A stretch of 64,000 bases of DNA from Candidatus Poribacteria bacterium. Its GTDB lineage: Bacteria; Poribacteria; WGA-4E; PCPOR2b. The translations under genes were made by a program, and so were the position numbers. Location of the stretch: positions 6,016,001 through 6,080,000 of the forward strand of contig OZ220744.1 of the NCBI GenBank assembly GCA_965116925.1, read 5' to 3'. Shown here piece after piece: positions 49,540 through 60,240 of the stretch. Under the pieces are notes generated by a model, which searched no databases, was not told where the DNA came from, and saw only the letters and a program-made list of their open reading frames with translations. Each line of letters begins with the position of its first letter. Positions within the stretch are counted from its first letter, which is position 1.

Positions 49540-49588
49540 CGCTGTATCACAAGCGTCCACAATTTACGATCAAATAGGAGATTTCAAT

Positions 49589-50800
49589 ATGTCCGAAGAT
49601 AAAGCGTATAAAGTTCGTGCGATTCACTGTAATCACAAAGCCTCCCCGGAGGAGATCTACGAAAGGCTCAAGACGATTACTGCCCCCCTGACACGTTCAT
49701 GGGAGAAGATCGAAAAAGCCCGCAAAATCGGTATCAAGGTGAACATGCAGATGCCTCCGGATAATATCCGTCGCATTGGAGGACGACGGCAGGAGTTGGT
49801 TGATGACGATGTGCTCCGTGCCTCGCTCCGTCTGTTGCGAGAGCGCAGCGACGCACATATCTTCGTGCTTGATACCAGCATGGCACCGGTGGGACAGCGC
49901 CCGGGCGATGATTTTAATACGCGCTCAATCTTCGAGGAATTCGATATCCCTTATATTGAAGCCGGTGACCCGCCCTTTACACAATACAAGGTGCCCGGTG
50001 GTGGTATAATGTTCTCCGAATATCAGCTTTCTGCCTCTATTGGCGAAGCGGATGCCTTTGTGTCCATCGCTAAGATGAAGAACCACGCCTTTATGGGTAT
50101 CACACTGTGTCTCAAAAATCTTTTCGGTTTGCCGCCGATACAGCCCCACGGGCGGGTGAGAACCTACTTTCATCATGTCATCCGGCTTTCATACGTCCTG
50201 CCTGATCTCGGTCTGATTACCCAACCTTGTCTCAATATCATCGACGGTTTGACGGGACAAGCGAGACGGGAGTGGGGCGGGGACGGGCGTATCTGCGATG
50301 CGCTGATTGCCGGGGACCATGTGATTGCCACGGACGCCTGCGGCAGTTACCTGATGGGCACCGCCCCTCGCCTCGATTGGCCCAATCCGCCTTTCCGCCG
50401 CGATCGAAGTCCGGTCGCAGTGGCTGCAGAGCACGGGTTTGGGACCGTGAATCTGGAGGAGATTGACTTTGACATGGGAGAGCTACAACCGCCCCTCGCC
50501 GAGTTTGACTCAGAGAAGATGGACCCCAGTGAAAAAATCGCTAGCCTGCGTCAAACCGCGTGCCATCAGGCGTTGTTTTATCGAGATAACCAAGAACGCT
50601 TAGTAGACCGTCACGCTGGTTCATTTATCTATCTGCAAGATGGGGAAGTCATCTGGAGTGGTCCGCGCCCGGATCAGGCGGGTGCTGTCCATCAACTCAG
50701 CGGTGAGCGTCCGGATCAGGCGGTGTGGCTCAAACTGGTCGATCCGGAGGAAACAGAGGGTGAACGGATGCGCGTATATGAGCGGATTTTGGCAGCGTAG
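49589..50800 (+). CDS. DUF362 domain protein
   Basis: IKVN, AKMKNH, TLCLKNLFG, IIDG, VIATD. Confidence 0.78.
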   Translation: MSEDKAYKVRAIHCNHKASPEEIYERLKTITAPLTRSWEKIEKARKIGIKVNMQMPPDNIRRIGGRRQELVDDDVLRASLRLLRERSDAHIFVLDTSMAPVGQRPGDDFNTRSIFEEFDIPYIEAGDPPFTQYKVPGGGIMFSEYQLSASIGEADAFVSIAKMKNHAFMGITLCLKNLFGLPPIQPHGRVRTYFHHVIRLSYVLPDLGLITQPCLNIIDGLTGQARREWGGDGRICDALIAGDHVIATDACGSYLMGTAPRLDWPNPPFRRDRSPVAVAAEHGFGTVNLEEIDFDMGELQPPLAEFDSEKMDPSEKIASLRQTACHQALFYRDNQERLVDRHAGSFIYLQDGEVIWSGPRPDQAGAVHQLSGERPDQAVWLKLVDPEETEGERMRVYERILAA

Positions 50801-51022
50801 GCACTCTTGGTATGTGTGTAGCTCAGCGTGAGTTGGGTTGAACGGTTAAAAGCGAATCTTTATCAAGGACAATAGAACTTTCGCTTTTTAACAGAACCGT
50901 CTTATAGATGAATACAGTGAAACCCAACCTACGGGTTGGGGTAATAGTGGGTACAGGTTGCCTAACCTGTACGGGGAGCGATTTTTGCCAACAAAGTGCG
51001 TAACTCCTAATTAAGGAACAAT

Positions 51023-52444
51023 ATGTCCCAACAAAAACCCCATGTCCTGCTGCTGATCAACGACGAACATCGTCCTGACGTTTTGCCCGTCGAAGGTGAC
51101 CGGCAGATCCGTACGCCCACGTTGGATCGGTTTATCAATGAAGGGACCTACTTTCGTAATGCGTACACGCCTTCGCCCATCTGTGTACCGGCACGGCAAA
51201 GTTTTATCTCTGGACTCTATCCCCGCAACTGTGGAAGTCTCAACTTCGGCGATCCAATGCCGACCGAGGTCCGAACCATTCCGGGACACCTAGGCAACTA
51301 CGGCTACTACTCTTGTGCAGCGGGAAAGATGCACTTCGTTGGCAAGGATGTGATGCACGGTTGGCGGGAGCGGGTCGGTCGGGACATTGTGGGTGATAAC
51401 GGCTACCCGCATCCAACTGTTGATGATGAACATACTGCCCAATTTGAGCGAGAACCGGGCACCGGTTCAAAACAGAACAAGGTTATCCAAGAGATTCGCG
51501 ACGCCCAGCCCGGAATGGGATATTGGATGCTCCAAGACCAGTACGCGGTAGATGGTGCGTTGCTGTTTCTTGAGGAGTATTTCGTGGATGCCTCCTATGA
51601 CCGATACACCCCGAATCCACTGTGCATGGCGGTGAGTCTGTGGTGTCCGCACTACCCGTATCAGTGTCCGATCGACCTGTTTACCTATTACATGCAGCGT
51701 GTCGAGCCGATTATTGAGGAGCCGAACGATAAATTTGAGTGCAACGACTTCTTCAAGGTTCGATTTGGTGAGGATGTGACGCACCGTCAGGCGCACCGCG
51801 CCACCGCCGCTTACTACGGCATGATTGATTGGATGGATCAGCAATTTGGTCGCGTGGTTGAGAAACTTGAACACCTCAACGTTCTCGACGACTTCATCAT
51901 CGTTTTCCTGTCGGATCACGGTGAGATGCTTGGCACGAAAGGGTTGTGGGAAAAACAGAGCTTCTTTGATGCGTCGGCGCGTGTGCCGTTTTCCATCTGG
52001 TATCCAAAACGATTTGGGCGTGAACCGCAGATTATTGAACAAAATGTGTCCCTAGTAGACCTGTTTCCAACGTTATGTGACTTGGTTGACATCCCTGCTC
52101 CTGACGAACTCGATGGACGTTCACTAGCCCCACTCATTGAAGGACTTGCTGATGACTGGCACAACACGGTCTACAGTGAGCTCTGGCGCGTCCACAATGG
52201 TCCGTCCGTGATGGTCAAACAGGATAACCTGAAGTATTTCCGCTTTGATAACGGTGCCGGTTGGCCCGAGCAGTTGTTCGATTTGTCGAGCGATCCCGAT
52301 GAATGCAACAATCTGATTGATAACCCCGCCTATGCCGAAGCACTTGCGGGATTGCGTGGTAAAGTGGATGATCTACCTCCGCCACGACGCAAGGATGCGG
52401 ACAATCGCTTTATTGACCTGTATCGTCCGATGGATGGGGATTGA
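51023..52444 (+). CDS. Cys-type (FGly) sulfatase, choline-sulfatase-like
   Basis: CVPAR, GKMH, PHYPY, SDHG, WEKQ. Confidence 0.92.
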   Translation: MSQQKPHVLLLINDEHRPDVLPVEGDRQIRTPTLDRFINEGTYFRNAYTPSPICVPARQSFISGLYPRNCGSLNFGDPMPTEVRTIPGHLGNYGYYSCAAGKMHFVGKDVMHGWRERVGRDIVGDNGYPHPTVDDEHTAQFEREPGTGSKQNKVIQEIRDAQPGMGYWMLQDQYAVDGALLFLEEYFVDASYDRYTPNPLCMAVSLWCPHYPYQCPIDLFTYYMQRVEPIIEEPNDKFECNDFFKVRFGEDVTHRQAHRATAAYYGMIDWMDQQFGRVVEKLEHLNVLDDFIIVFLSDHGEMLGTKGLWEKQSFFDASARVPFSIWYPKRFGREPQIIEQNVSLVDLFPTLCDLVDIPAPDELDGRSLAPLIEGLADDWHNTVYSELWRVHNGPSVMVKQDNLKYFRFDNGAGWPEQLFDLSSDPDECNNLIDNPAYAEALAGLRGKVDDLPPPRRKDADNRFIDLYRPMDGD

Positions 52445-52483
52445 TTTTTTTACATTCTTTTTACATTCATCGGATATTGAATT

Positions 52484-52703
52484 TATAGTGAATTCAAAAA
52501 ATAAAGAAACACTTGCGCCCCCCGGTAGGTACGGTTTGATGGAGTTTAAGTATTTAAATCGGTAATCCCTATTTTCCTCGAAACATACGGTAGGCGCGGT
52601 TTTCAACCGCGCCGGCGTCGCTAGCAAATTACCGAACTGTTTTTTTAATTTTCATGTAACCGCACCGGTTTGGCGTGTCTCGTTAATTCTAAAATCTACT
52701 ATA
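52484..52703. mobile_element. MITE-like element, family C, with nested insert
   Basis: Family-C ends plus internal GGTACGGTT...AACCGCACC-bounded segment containing a GTAG-REP hairpin. Confidence 0.55.
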
Positions 52704-52726
52704 ATCGGAGGCGAGAAGGATAACAC

Positions 52727-53152
52727 ATGAAGAAACGAAGTTCCACCCTACAGATGGTTGGCTTCACTGTTGTGCTACTTTTCGCTGTAGGATTACTGTT
52801 GACGGGGCTCGGTGTGTTCGGTGTTCCTGACGCAAACGACTTTCGGGATTGGGATAGCTACTATGAAAAACGCTATGCACTTGACGCGGAATGGGATAAA
52901 TTGTTACGGGAATCCAATAAACTGCATCAGGAGATTGAGCCGTTTATATGCCGTAATTTTGATGATCCTAACAGTTTTATTGAAACACCAGAGGAAAAAG
53001 CGGCTAAGAAGGTGCTAGTAGACAAACTGAAGGTACAACTCGCCAAATTCAAGGCTTTGCAGAGAAAAGCCGATAAATTGGATCGACAATACCCGCCTGA
53101 ACTCGTTTTCAAATACGCAGGCTACCCTAGTACACTGTCAGGCAAATTATGA
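52727..53152 (+). CDS. Hypothetical membrane-anchored helical protein
   Basis: N-terminal hydrophobic helix; AAGGA RBS. Confidence 0.6.
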   Translation: MKKRSSTLQMVGFTVVLLFAVGLLLTGLGVFGVPDANDFRDWDSYYEKRYALDAEWDKLLRESNKLHQEIEPFICRNFDDPNSFIETPEEKAAKKVLVDKLKVQLAKFKALQRKADKLDRQYPPELVFKYAGYPSTLSGKL

Positions 53153-53381
53153 TTGTCTATATGGATTGAGACTCATAATACTTCGTAGGGGTCGGGTCAC
53201 CCGACCCCCTTGTTGATATGCAAAACTTATATGACTGAGTACTAGATATAATCGTTGATGACTGTTAGATATAGCCGCACAATGAGGGGTTTCGCTTGGT
53301 AAGTCTCCGATTTACATCTGCTCACTCCGAATTGTGCTATTACTTGCATATATTTAGCACTAACATATTGAGGTGTAACTT

Positions 53382-54401
53382 ATGTCAAATTATTCAAAAA
53401 CTTATCGTGTGGGACTCGTTGGGAGCGGTGGCATTGCACGGGCGCACGGCACCGCCTGCCAAGCACTCGATGGTGCCGACCTTACCGCTATCTGCGATGT
53501 TTCACAGGACGCGTTAGATCGCTATGGCGAACAGTTTGGTGTCGCCAACCGATACCTCGACTTGGACGATATGCTTGAAGATGCAAACTTGGATATCGCC
53601 ATTCTCTGTAACTGGGGCGCGGTCCACGCTGAGACGGGGATTCAGATTGCGAAGTCGCGGAAGGTGCGAGCCATCCTGTGCGAAAAGCCGTTCACCAATA
53701 ATGCGGCTGAAGCGAGGCAGATGGTCGCTGCGGCGCAAGAGAACGGCATCCTTCTCGCTGAAGCTTTCAAGTTCCGCCATCACCCGATGCACCTCAAAGC
53801 GAAGGAATTGGCAGATGCGGGTGCGATTGGCGATGTGCTGACGATTCGCAGTACGTTCTGTTCGGGTGGCAGCGGTGCCGGTCCTGAAACACGAAAGCCG
53901 GAGAACAACTGGCGTTTCAACAAGGCAAAGGGCGGCGGCAGCGTCTATGACCTCGCCTGTTACTGCATCCATCATGCGCGTTTTATGTTTGGCGCGGATC
54001 CTGTTCGGGTTTTTGCTTCCTCACAGCCGGGTTTAGAGGTTGATGACGCTATGTATATACTGCTTGTCTTTCCGGATGACCGTACAGCGCAGATTTCTGT
54101 TGGGTTCAATTCAGCGACTGCACAGTACGTTGAGGTCTGTGGGAGCGGGGGAATGCTCCGAATCGAAATTGCTTGGAATAACGAGAATCGGTCTGTGGAT
54201 CTGGAACACCGTACCCCTGATGGAACAGAGTTCATCAACTTTGAACCGATCCATCAATTCACGAATCAGCTTGCCCACCTATGCGACTGCCTTGAAACGG
54301 GCCAACCGCATCGAATACCGCCGGAGAACAGCATCAACCAGATGCGGACGATTGATGCCATATTTGAATCGGCGGCGACGGGCAAAGCTGTGGAGATGTA
54401 A
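53382..54401 (+). CDS. Gfo/Idh/MocA family oxidoreductase
   Basis: GSGGIA, CEKP, EAFKFRHHP, GGGSVYD. Confidence 0.9.
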   Translation: MSNYSKTYRVGLVGSGGIARAHGTACQALDGADLTAICDVSQDALDRYGEQFGVANRYLDLDDMLEDANLDIAILCNWGAVHAETGIQIAKSRKVRAILCEKPFTNNAAEARQMVAAAQENGILLAEAFKFRHHPMHLKAKELADAGAIGDVLTIRSTFCSGGSGAGPETRKPENNWRFNKAKGGGSVYDLACYCIHHARFMFGADPVRVFASSQPGLEVDDAMYILLVFPDDRTAQISVGFNSATAQYVEVCGSGGMLRIEIAWNNENRSVDLEHRTPDGTEFINFEPIHQFTNQLAHLCDCLETGQPHRIPPENSINQMRTIDAIFESAATGKAVEM

Positions 54402-54414
54402 GGAGTGTGTAAAG

Positions 54415-55512
54415 ATGGAAGAGACAAAAACGTTTAAGCCGGATAAGAAAAAACAAACACGGCGGGGATTTTCGGTTATCGATTGTGACATACATAACAC
54501 CCTATCTTCAGAGATGGTGTTGTATCCGTATCTCTCTGAGCGTTGGCGGCGGCATCACCAGATGTTGGGCGCACCTGACCGCGTCGGGGGGTATGTTCCG
54601 CGTGGTATGCCCTACGGTGCGCGTTACGACGCTTGGACCCCCTCCGGTCACCGTCCAGGCTCAGATCTAAATTTTCTACGGGAGCAGCTGCTTGATTTGT
54701 GGGACATCGAATACGGCATCCTGAACTGCTTGACACCTGTCTGTGAGATGCCCAATCTGGAGTACGCTGCGGCATTCGCGCGGGCGGTCAACGATTGGCA
54801 GATCGATAATTGGCTGGATCCAGAACCCCGGCTCCGGGCATCAATGATAGTCGCCTGCGACGATGGGGTGTTAGCATCGGAGGAGATAGAGCGACTCGCT
54901 GGAGATTCGAGATTTGTCCAAATACTGCTCCTCGCCCGCACAATGGAACCGTTGGGCAGACGCAAGTACTGGGAGATGTACGAAACTGCCGTGAAGCACG
55001 ACTTACCTATTGGGATTCACTTCACCGGGGTTGGCGTGGGCCCCATTACCGCTGTCGGTAAACCTTCTCACTATATTGAAGATCACGCTGGTATGACGCA
55101 GGCGTTTCAGACGCAGGTGACCAGTCTGGTCTGCGAGGGTGTTTTTGAACATTTTCCGACACTGAAGGTAGCTTTAATTGAGGGCGGGTTTGCTTGGCTG
55201 CCGCCGCTGATGTGGCGGCTTGACCGGGCGTGGAAGAAACTGCGCGATGAGGTGCCTTACCTCAAACGGTTGCCTTCGGAGTACATCCGTGATCATTTCT
55301 GGATGACGACACAGCCGATCGAGGAACCGCCTAAACCGGAATACTTTCAACAGCTGCTTGAGCATATCAACGCGGATGAGAGGTTGATGTTTGCCACGGA
55401 CTATCCGCATTGGGACTTTGATTCTCCCGATCGGACCCTTCCGACAAACCTGTCTCCGGAGTTGAAGCGGAAGATCATGGCAGAAAACGCTCGTGGGTTC
55501 TATCAACTCTAG
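54415..55512 (+). CDS. Amidohydrolase_2 family protein
   Basis: DCDIH, NDW, GIHF, IEGG, FATDYPHWD; start placed at ATG 54415 after AAGGAG. Confidence 0.87.
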   Translation: MEETKTFKPDKKKQTRRGFSVIDCDIHNTLSSEMVLYPYLSERWRRHHQMLGAPDRVGGYVPRGMPYGARYDAWTPSGHRPGSDLNFLREQLLDLWDIEYGILNCLTPVCEMPNLEYAAAFARAVNDWQIDNWLDPEPRLRASMIVACDDGVLASEEIERLAGDSRFVQILLLARTMEPLGRRKYWEMYETAVKHDLPIGIHFTGVGVGPITAVGKPSHYIEDHAGMTQAFQTQVTSLVCEGVFEHFPTLKVALIEGGFAWLPPLMWRLDRAWKKLRDEVPYLKRLPSEYIRDHFWMTTQPIEEPPKPEYFQQLLEHINADERLMFATDYPHWDFDSPDRTLPTNLSPELKRKIMAENARGFYQL

Positions 55513-55532
55513 AAGGGAAATAAAAAATCCTT

Positions 55533-56819
55533 TCATCTCTCATAGCCGGTCAGCTCAACATAACCTTGCCCATCCACTGTTGCATCCTCAATCTGTCCGC
55601 TCACCCGTACAGTCCCCTCCCAATACGTGAAACTCGCCCGAAACTCTTGGTTCGGGATGAGCGGTTCAACCTGAAGGACGATCTTTAACTCTGGAAAGGC
55701 TATTTGCCAGCCGGAGGGATAGGTGACACCGCTTTCCGGACTTGTCCACCGGCGGATAGGGGTTAGCGTAAAATCTTTCGTCCCGATGCGTAGCTGCCGA
55801 CCATCGGGATATGCCAAAGTACCCTCAAACGTCTGTGGGTCGCACGACTGATCTGACCTGCGCAGACAGTACAGCATCAGTGTCACCCCATTTTCCAACT
55901 GTAAGCTGAACCAATCCCACCCGACGAATCCCTCGCCGAGGAAACTGGTGCCGAACTCATGATCCATCCAGCTGACCCCGTTGACAGCTACTGTTTTGCC
56001 ATTGATTATGATCTCACCGCTGGTTTCCAACCCGACGAGACTATAGTAGTAGGACGCATTTCCCGGTTCGGGTCCCTTTTGGCTCAAGCCTCGATCTCCT
56101 TGCAGTATCGGTGGGCGCGTCTGGCGCAAGTTGAGTGATAACCCGATCTGCGGTTCCGTTTCGATAGAATCAGAGGTTGAAGCGACAGACAAGTGCATCA
56201 CACCCTGCTCTGTTTCTGTAGCCGACCAATCCTCCAACCAGACTTTGTAGGTTGGATCTCCCGTTGCTCCCGCCAATCCACCTGCGCCCCGGCTCCTCCG
56301 CTCAAAGCAGAAATATTCATTGTTCGCTGCATCTGTAACGGCAAAATGCGCCATGTAAACTTGGGTCGTGGCGAAATGTGAAGTCCGCTCTGGCATTTGG
56401 GGTGTCAGCGCAAAGCGGAAAAAGGTCAACTGATAACCGAAAGCGTTCCCATTGTCGGTGCGTAGGTTACCGGTATAATACCACCACTCGATTTGATACT
56501 CCGGATGTGCCCCGTGATCGCGTGGAAACTGGAACGTCATCGGCTCCAGCGCACGGGCGAATCGCTCATCGGCTTTGCTGCTCAATGTATCACTGACACT
56601 GGTGGAATTTCGCTGTGCCTCCGCGAAATTGATGCTTACAACTAGCACCATAATTATAACCCACAAATGGAAAATGGAGCGTGGTATGACGGATTTTAAT
56701 TGAATTGATTGCGTCGTCAATTTTGATAAACTCTCAAGGATTTTTGTGTTTACAAAACTAATGAACGGATGTAATATACGCATGTTAGAGATATTTCGAT
56801 CTTCTACAGATTCCTTCAT
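55533..56819 (-). CDS. AttH/CrtC-like lipocalin-fold secreted protein (start uncertain)
   Basis: FPRDHGAHP, EWWYYTG, SYYYS, WMDHE, GWDWF, YWEG, GYVELTGY. Confidence 0.85.
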   Translation of the reverse strand: MKESVEDRNISNMRILHPFISFVNTKILESLSKLTTQSIQLKSVIPRSIFHLWVIIMVLVVSINFAEAQRNSTSVSDTLSSKADERFARALEPMTFQFPRDHGAHPEYQIEWWYYTGNLRTDNGNAFGYQLTFFRFALTPQMPERTSHFATTQVYMAHFAVTDAANNEYFCFERRSRGAGGLAGATGDPTYKVWLEDWSATETEQGVMHLSVASTSDSIETEPQIGLSLNLRQTRPPILQGDRGLSQKGPEPGNASYYYSLVGLETSGEIIINGKTVAVNGVSWMDHEFGTSFLGEGFVGWDWFSLQLENGVTLMLYCLRRSDQSCDPQTFEGTLAYPDGRQLRIGTKDFTLTPIRRWTSPESGVTYPSGWQIAFPELKIVLQVEPLIPNQEFRASFTYWEGTVRVSGQIEDATVDGQGYVELTGYER

Positions 56820-56854
56820 TCACAAACACAATTTGACTGACGAGGAGTAAAAAA

Positions 56855-57475
56855 ATGATCTATGAAATCCGAACCTACAACCTGAAAGTGGGGCAACTTC
56901 AAGAATATTGGGAACGTTTCGGCGAAAAACTACCGGCGCGTCAAGAATTATCAAAACTCGGCGGGCATTGGTACACGGAAGCGGGACCGCTGAATCAGAT
57001 GGTCGCTATTTGGCCCTACGAGAGCCTCGAACAACGAGCTGAAATCCGACGCGCTGCGGAGGCGGGACCGAATCCGATATGGCCCCCCGATACAAGCGAT
57101 TTCATTGTGTCAATGGTATCTGAGATTTTTCTGCCAGCTCCATTTATGACACCTTTGGGCGAAAGAGACATCGGACCTATATATGAGATGCGGATATACA
57201 CCTATCCCGCTGAAGGGATGCCGCAGGTGTTAGACGCGTGGGGCGCGGCCGTTACCGAGCGCGAGAAATTCTCACCGTTGGCGGGCTGTTGGTACTCAGA
57301 ATACGGTGGGCTCAACAACTTTATCCATGTATGGGCGTATAGGAGTTTTGAGGAGCGGCTTCGGATCCGGGCGGAGACACGAGAGCAGGGAGTCTGGCCC
57401 CCCAAAGGCTCTGTGAGACCGATCACACAGGAGAGCAAGATTCTGCTTCCCGCACCTTTTTCGCCGATGCAGTAG
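56855..57475 (+). CDS. NIPSNAP family protein (two domains)
   Basis: Duplicated YE.R.Y...W.Y.S.E.R; ends PFSPMQ. Confidence 0.88.
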   Translation: MIYEIRTYNLKVGQLQEYWERFGEKLPARQELSKLGGHWYTEAGPLNQMVAIWPYESLEQRAEIRRAAEAGPNPIWPPDTSDFIVSMVSEIFLPAPFMTPLGERDIGPIYEMRIYTYPAEGMPQVLDAWGAAVTEREKFSPLAGCWYSEYGGLNNFIHVWAYRSFEERLRIRAETREQGVWPPKGSVRPITQESKILLPAPFSPMQ

Positions 57476-57803
57476 GGGCACCATCAAGGATCCCGACCAT
57501 AAAATGTAATTGTTTGTAACTGTTTGTAATACGATTGGCGAGCATGACGAAACGTTTCATGCTGAAATAGGGACAATTTTCCCATTTGCGCGGGAAAAAT
57601 GGGAAAATTTGATTTTCGCACGGAAAACGTAACCTTTTTAATCTCGCTCATGCGACCTTCATCTGCGAGATCTGCGTCCGCCTCTACTCTTAAAACTGAA
57701 GTGCGTAAGTCCTATACACAATTAACTTGAACTGATGTTTTACGCTTGGGTCAATTCAAATTGTCAAAATCTAACAAAATCTAACACTTTTTACAAAAAT
57801 TCT

Positions 57804-58005
57804 TAGGACTTACGCAGTTGAACGCTCAAAGCCTTGTAGTTCAGCGATTTATCGCTGTTGGACACCGTTCTCAACCTTGGTCTTAGAACGGACCCCCGAT
57901 GAATCAGGCAACTACAGTAAGGTTTTAGGTTTGTAGTAGGGCGATTTATCGTCCGTCCGGACGCGCAATGAACGCGCTACTACAAACTCAAGTGCGTAAC
58001 TCCTA
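57804..58005. mobile_element. MITE-like element, family B
   Basis: TAGGACTTACGCAGTTGA...TCAAGTGCGTAACTCCTA terminal inverted repeats; solo right ends at 50995-51009 and 57700-57714. Confidence 0.65.
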
Positions 58006-58155
58006 GGTTTATTGATGTAGTTAGGCTAGGGAACCTTATTTACGAGGCTCAAAAAAGACGATGCAAAACGCGAATAGAAACCGAGTTTTCAAGAAAAAAC
58101 TCGGTTTCTGTTACACGATTTCTTAACATGAGTGAAAAACTTTTGCTGCGATTTA

Positions 58156-58824
58156 CTAGTGCGAATTCATTCCTGCGGCCTTACAGACCGAATACGGTTG
58201 ACCGCACAGTCAGTCGTAGCAGAGTTGATTCTCTAGGTCCTTGGCAAAAAAGAAATCGAGTCCGTGACCGCAATAGCCCAATTCTGTGTCTGCTCCGGGC
58301 AGCGGAGCGTACAGGTAAAAAGCAGGTTTCAGTTTGGCAAGAATATCGCTGCCAGAAGGCTCTTTTGGAACCTCCACAACCTGTGTTCCGTTTTTCAGGG
58401 ATGATGTCTTTTCTGCGGTAAACCCGATGATTTCGTAGCTGCCAAAGTTCCCACCTTTGAACTTATCGGGAACCTTGATTCGGAATGTTCCCTTCTTTTT
58501 ACCGCTAGTATCCACTTTTAGCCAACCAATGGGACCCAGATATTCAGTTTTCTGATTGACTGTATCGTGCAGCCACGCGAAAATTGCACGGCGCCCCCTA
58601 GGCATCTTTAACCCTTTATAGGTTCCCCGAAATTCGTTTGCTGCTTCATCGTATACGATAGTCCCTTTGGGGCTATTATCGTTCTTAAAATCGTAACCGT
58701 CTATAAGGAATCCACCGTACATCGGTTGAACTTGCTGATCTTTGCTTTCTTGGCTCTGAACTGCCCATGCTATGCAGCAAATCACGGCAGCGAGTACCAG
58801 TAGGAACAACACCTTCAGTTTCAT
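58156..58824 (-). CDS. Secreted hypothetical protein, candidate selenoprotein (CxxU; ends at 58210 if UGA is a stop)
   Basis: Signal peptide; reading through TGA 58212-58210 gives CYD-U-LCGQPYSVCKAAGMNSH then TAG TAA. Confidence 0.6.
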
Positions 58825-59003
58825 TTTATTCTCCTTTGGATTTGAGCAGGCGGACCTTTTCTATGCAGTTTCCGACTGCCTCATTGTTTATGGTGATCAG
58901 TATATTTGATATGAAAAGAAAAATCAAGCCATTTTTGAACGCAAACTGTACTTGTTCCGTCGAATGAATTCTGCTGTTCTCTTTTTGAGAGGAGGCGATA
59001 CCT

Positions 59004-59969
59004 ATGAAAGTCTTACTGAGACAACGTGACCTGTCAGATGAATATATCCAGTTTGCCGCACAGATTGGTGCCGACGGATTTGATATCCATAATGCCGAAA
59101 GTATCCCCGGATTGGTGGAACAGGGCTATCCAGACTTAGAACAACTGACGAAATTAAAAGAGAGAGTCAACGCCGCCGGACTTAGCATCTATCGCGTCGC
59201 GCCCGCCGAACCACAGAAATTTCTGACGGGTCAACCGGGCGGTGAGGAGGAACTTGATAATCTGTGTAAGTCGCTTGAGATTTTCGGTCAAGTCGGGATC
59301 CCTTTTATGTCAATGCCTGTGCATCTAGCGCAGACCCCGGAACATCGAGATGCGAATCCGGGATACCGGGGCGGATATACCAAACCTCTCCGGGGCAATT
59401 ATACGTTCGGTGGATTTGATGTCGAATTAATGAAGCGGAGTATCGCAGAGAAGCCGCTTGAACCGTTTTCTGTTGAAAAGCATTGGGAATGTTGCATCCA
59501 GATGTATCAGCGGCTCGTCCCGCTTGCTGAACAATTCGATGTAAAACTGATTATCCACCCATCGGATCCGCCGTTACCGGAGACCGAATTTTCACCGAAA
59601 CGGTGGGCTGCCATCCTCGACGCTGTGCCAAGCGATCACAGCGGACTGCTCTATTGTATCGGGACCTGCTATGAATCGGGTGTAGACATCTTTGAGAACC
59701 TCCGCCATTTTGGAAAGATAGGGAAAATCTTTCACACCCATTTCCGCAACGTGCAGGGCACGATCCCGAGGGGCGGATATATGGAGGTCGCCCTTGACGA
59801 TGGCGACATGAATATGTTCAAGATACTTCAAACCCTAAAAGAGATTGGGTTTGACGGTGGCTTACAGATCGATCACCTACCTAACTATATTGGCGATGTG
59901 GAGCAGCGGGCAGCTTCAGCCTACGCAGTGGCTTATGTGAAAGCACTGTTGAGAGCACTAGAGGCTTAA
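59004..59969 (+). CDS. Mannonate dehydratase (UxuA) family protein
   Basis: HPSDPP, HFRNVQG, DGDMNM, IDH, AYAVAY. Confidence 0.82.
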   Translation: MKVLLRQRDLSDEYIQFAAQIGADGFDIHNAESIPGLVEQGYPDLEQLTKLKERVNAAGLSIYRVAPAEPQKFLTGQPGGEEELDNLCKSLEIFGQVGIPFMSMPVHLAQTPEHRDANPGYRGGYTKPLRGNYTFGGFDVELMKRSIAEKPLEPFSVEKHWECCIQMYQRLVPLAEQFDVKLIIHPSDPPLPETEFSPKRWAAILDAVPSDHSGLLYCIGTCYESGVDIFENLRHFGKIGKIFHTHFRNVQGTIPRGGYMEVALDDGDMNMFKILQTLKEIGFDGGLQIDHLPNYIGDVEQRAASAYAVAYVKALLRALEA

Positions 59970-60240
59970 CTGTGAAACATGATCACGGATATTACGGATT
60001 AACGGATTGACGCGGAAATTAAGAATAATGTGCACCGAGTCATATATAAAATCTTGGCTCCTGTAAAAAGAAAGTGCAAAGTACGAGGAGAAACCGAGTT
60101 TTTTCTTGAAAACTCGGTTTCTGTTGCACGATTTCTTAACATGAGCGAAAATCTTTACGCATTACGCATCACGTGCCTGTAAACGGAGGTTATAGCATTA
60201 TGTTTACCTATAACCACAACGACACTATAAGGAGTGTTCA

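Noticed and set aside
50810..50935. tRNA-like GTAGCTCAG start
   Set aside because: No T-arm (GTTCRA), acceptor stem or CCA; it is part of a GTTGGGTT...AACCCAAC inverted repeat
57476..57800. Possible ncRNA or riboswitch in the long intergenic region
   Set aside because: Only short direct and inverted repeats and MITE ends; no RNA family motif recognised (an Rfam scan would be decisive)
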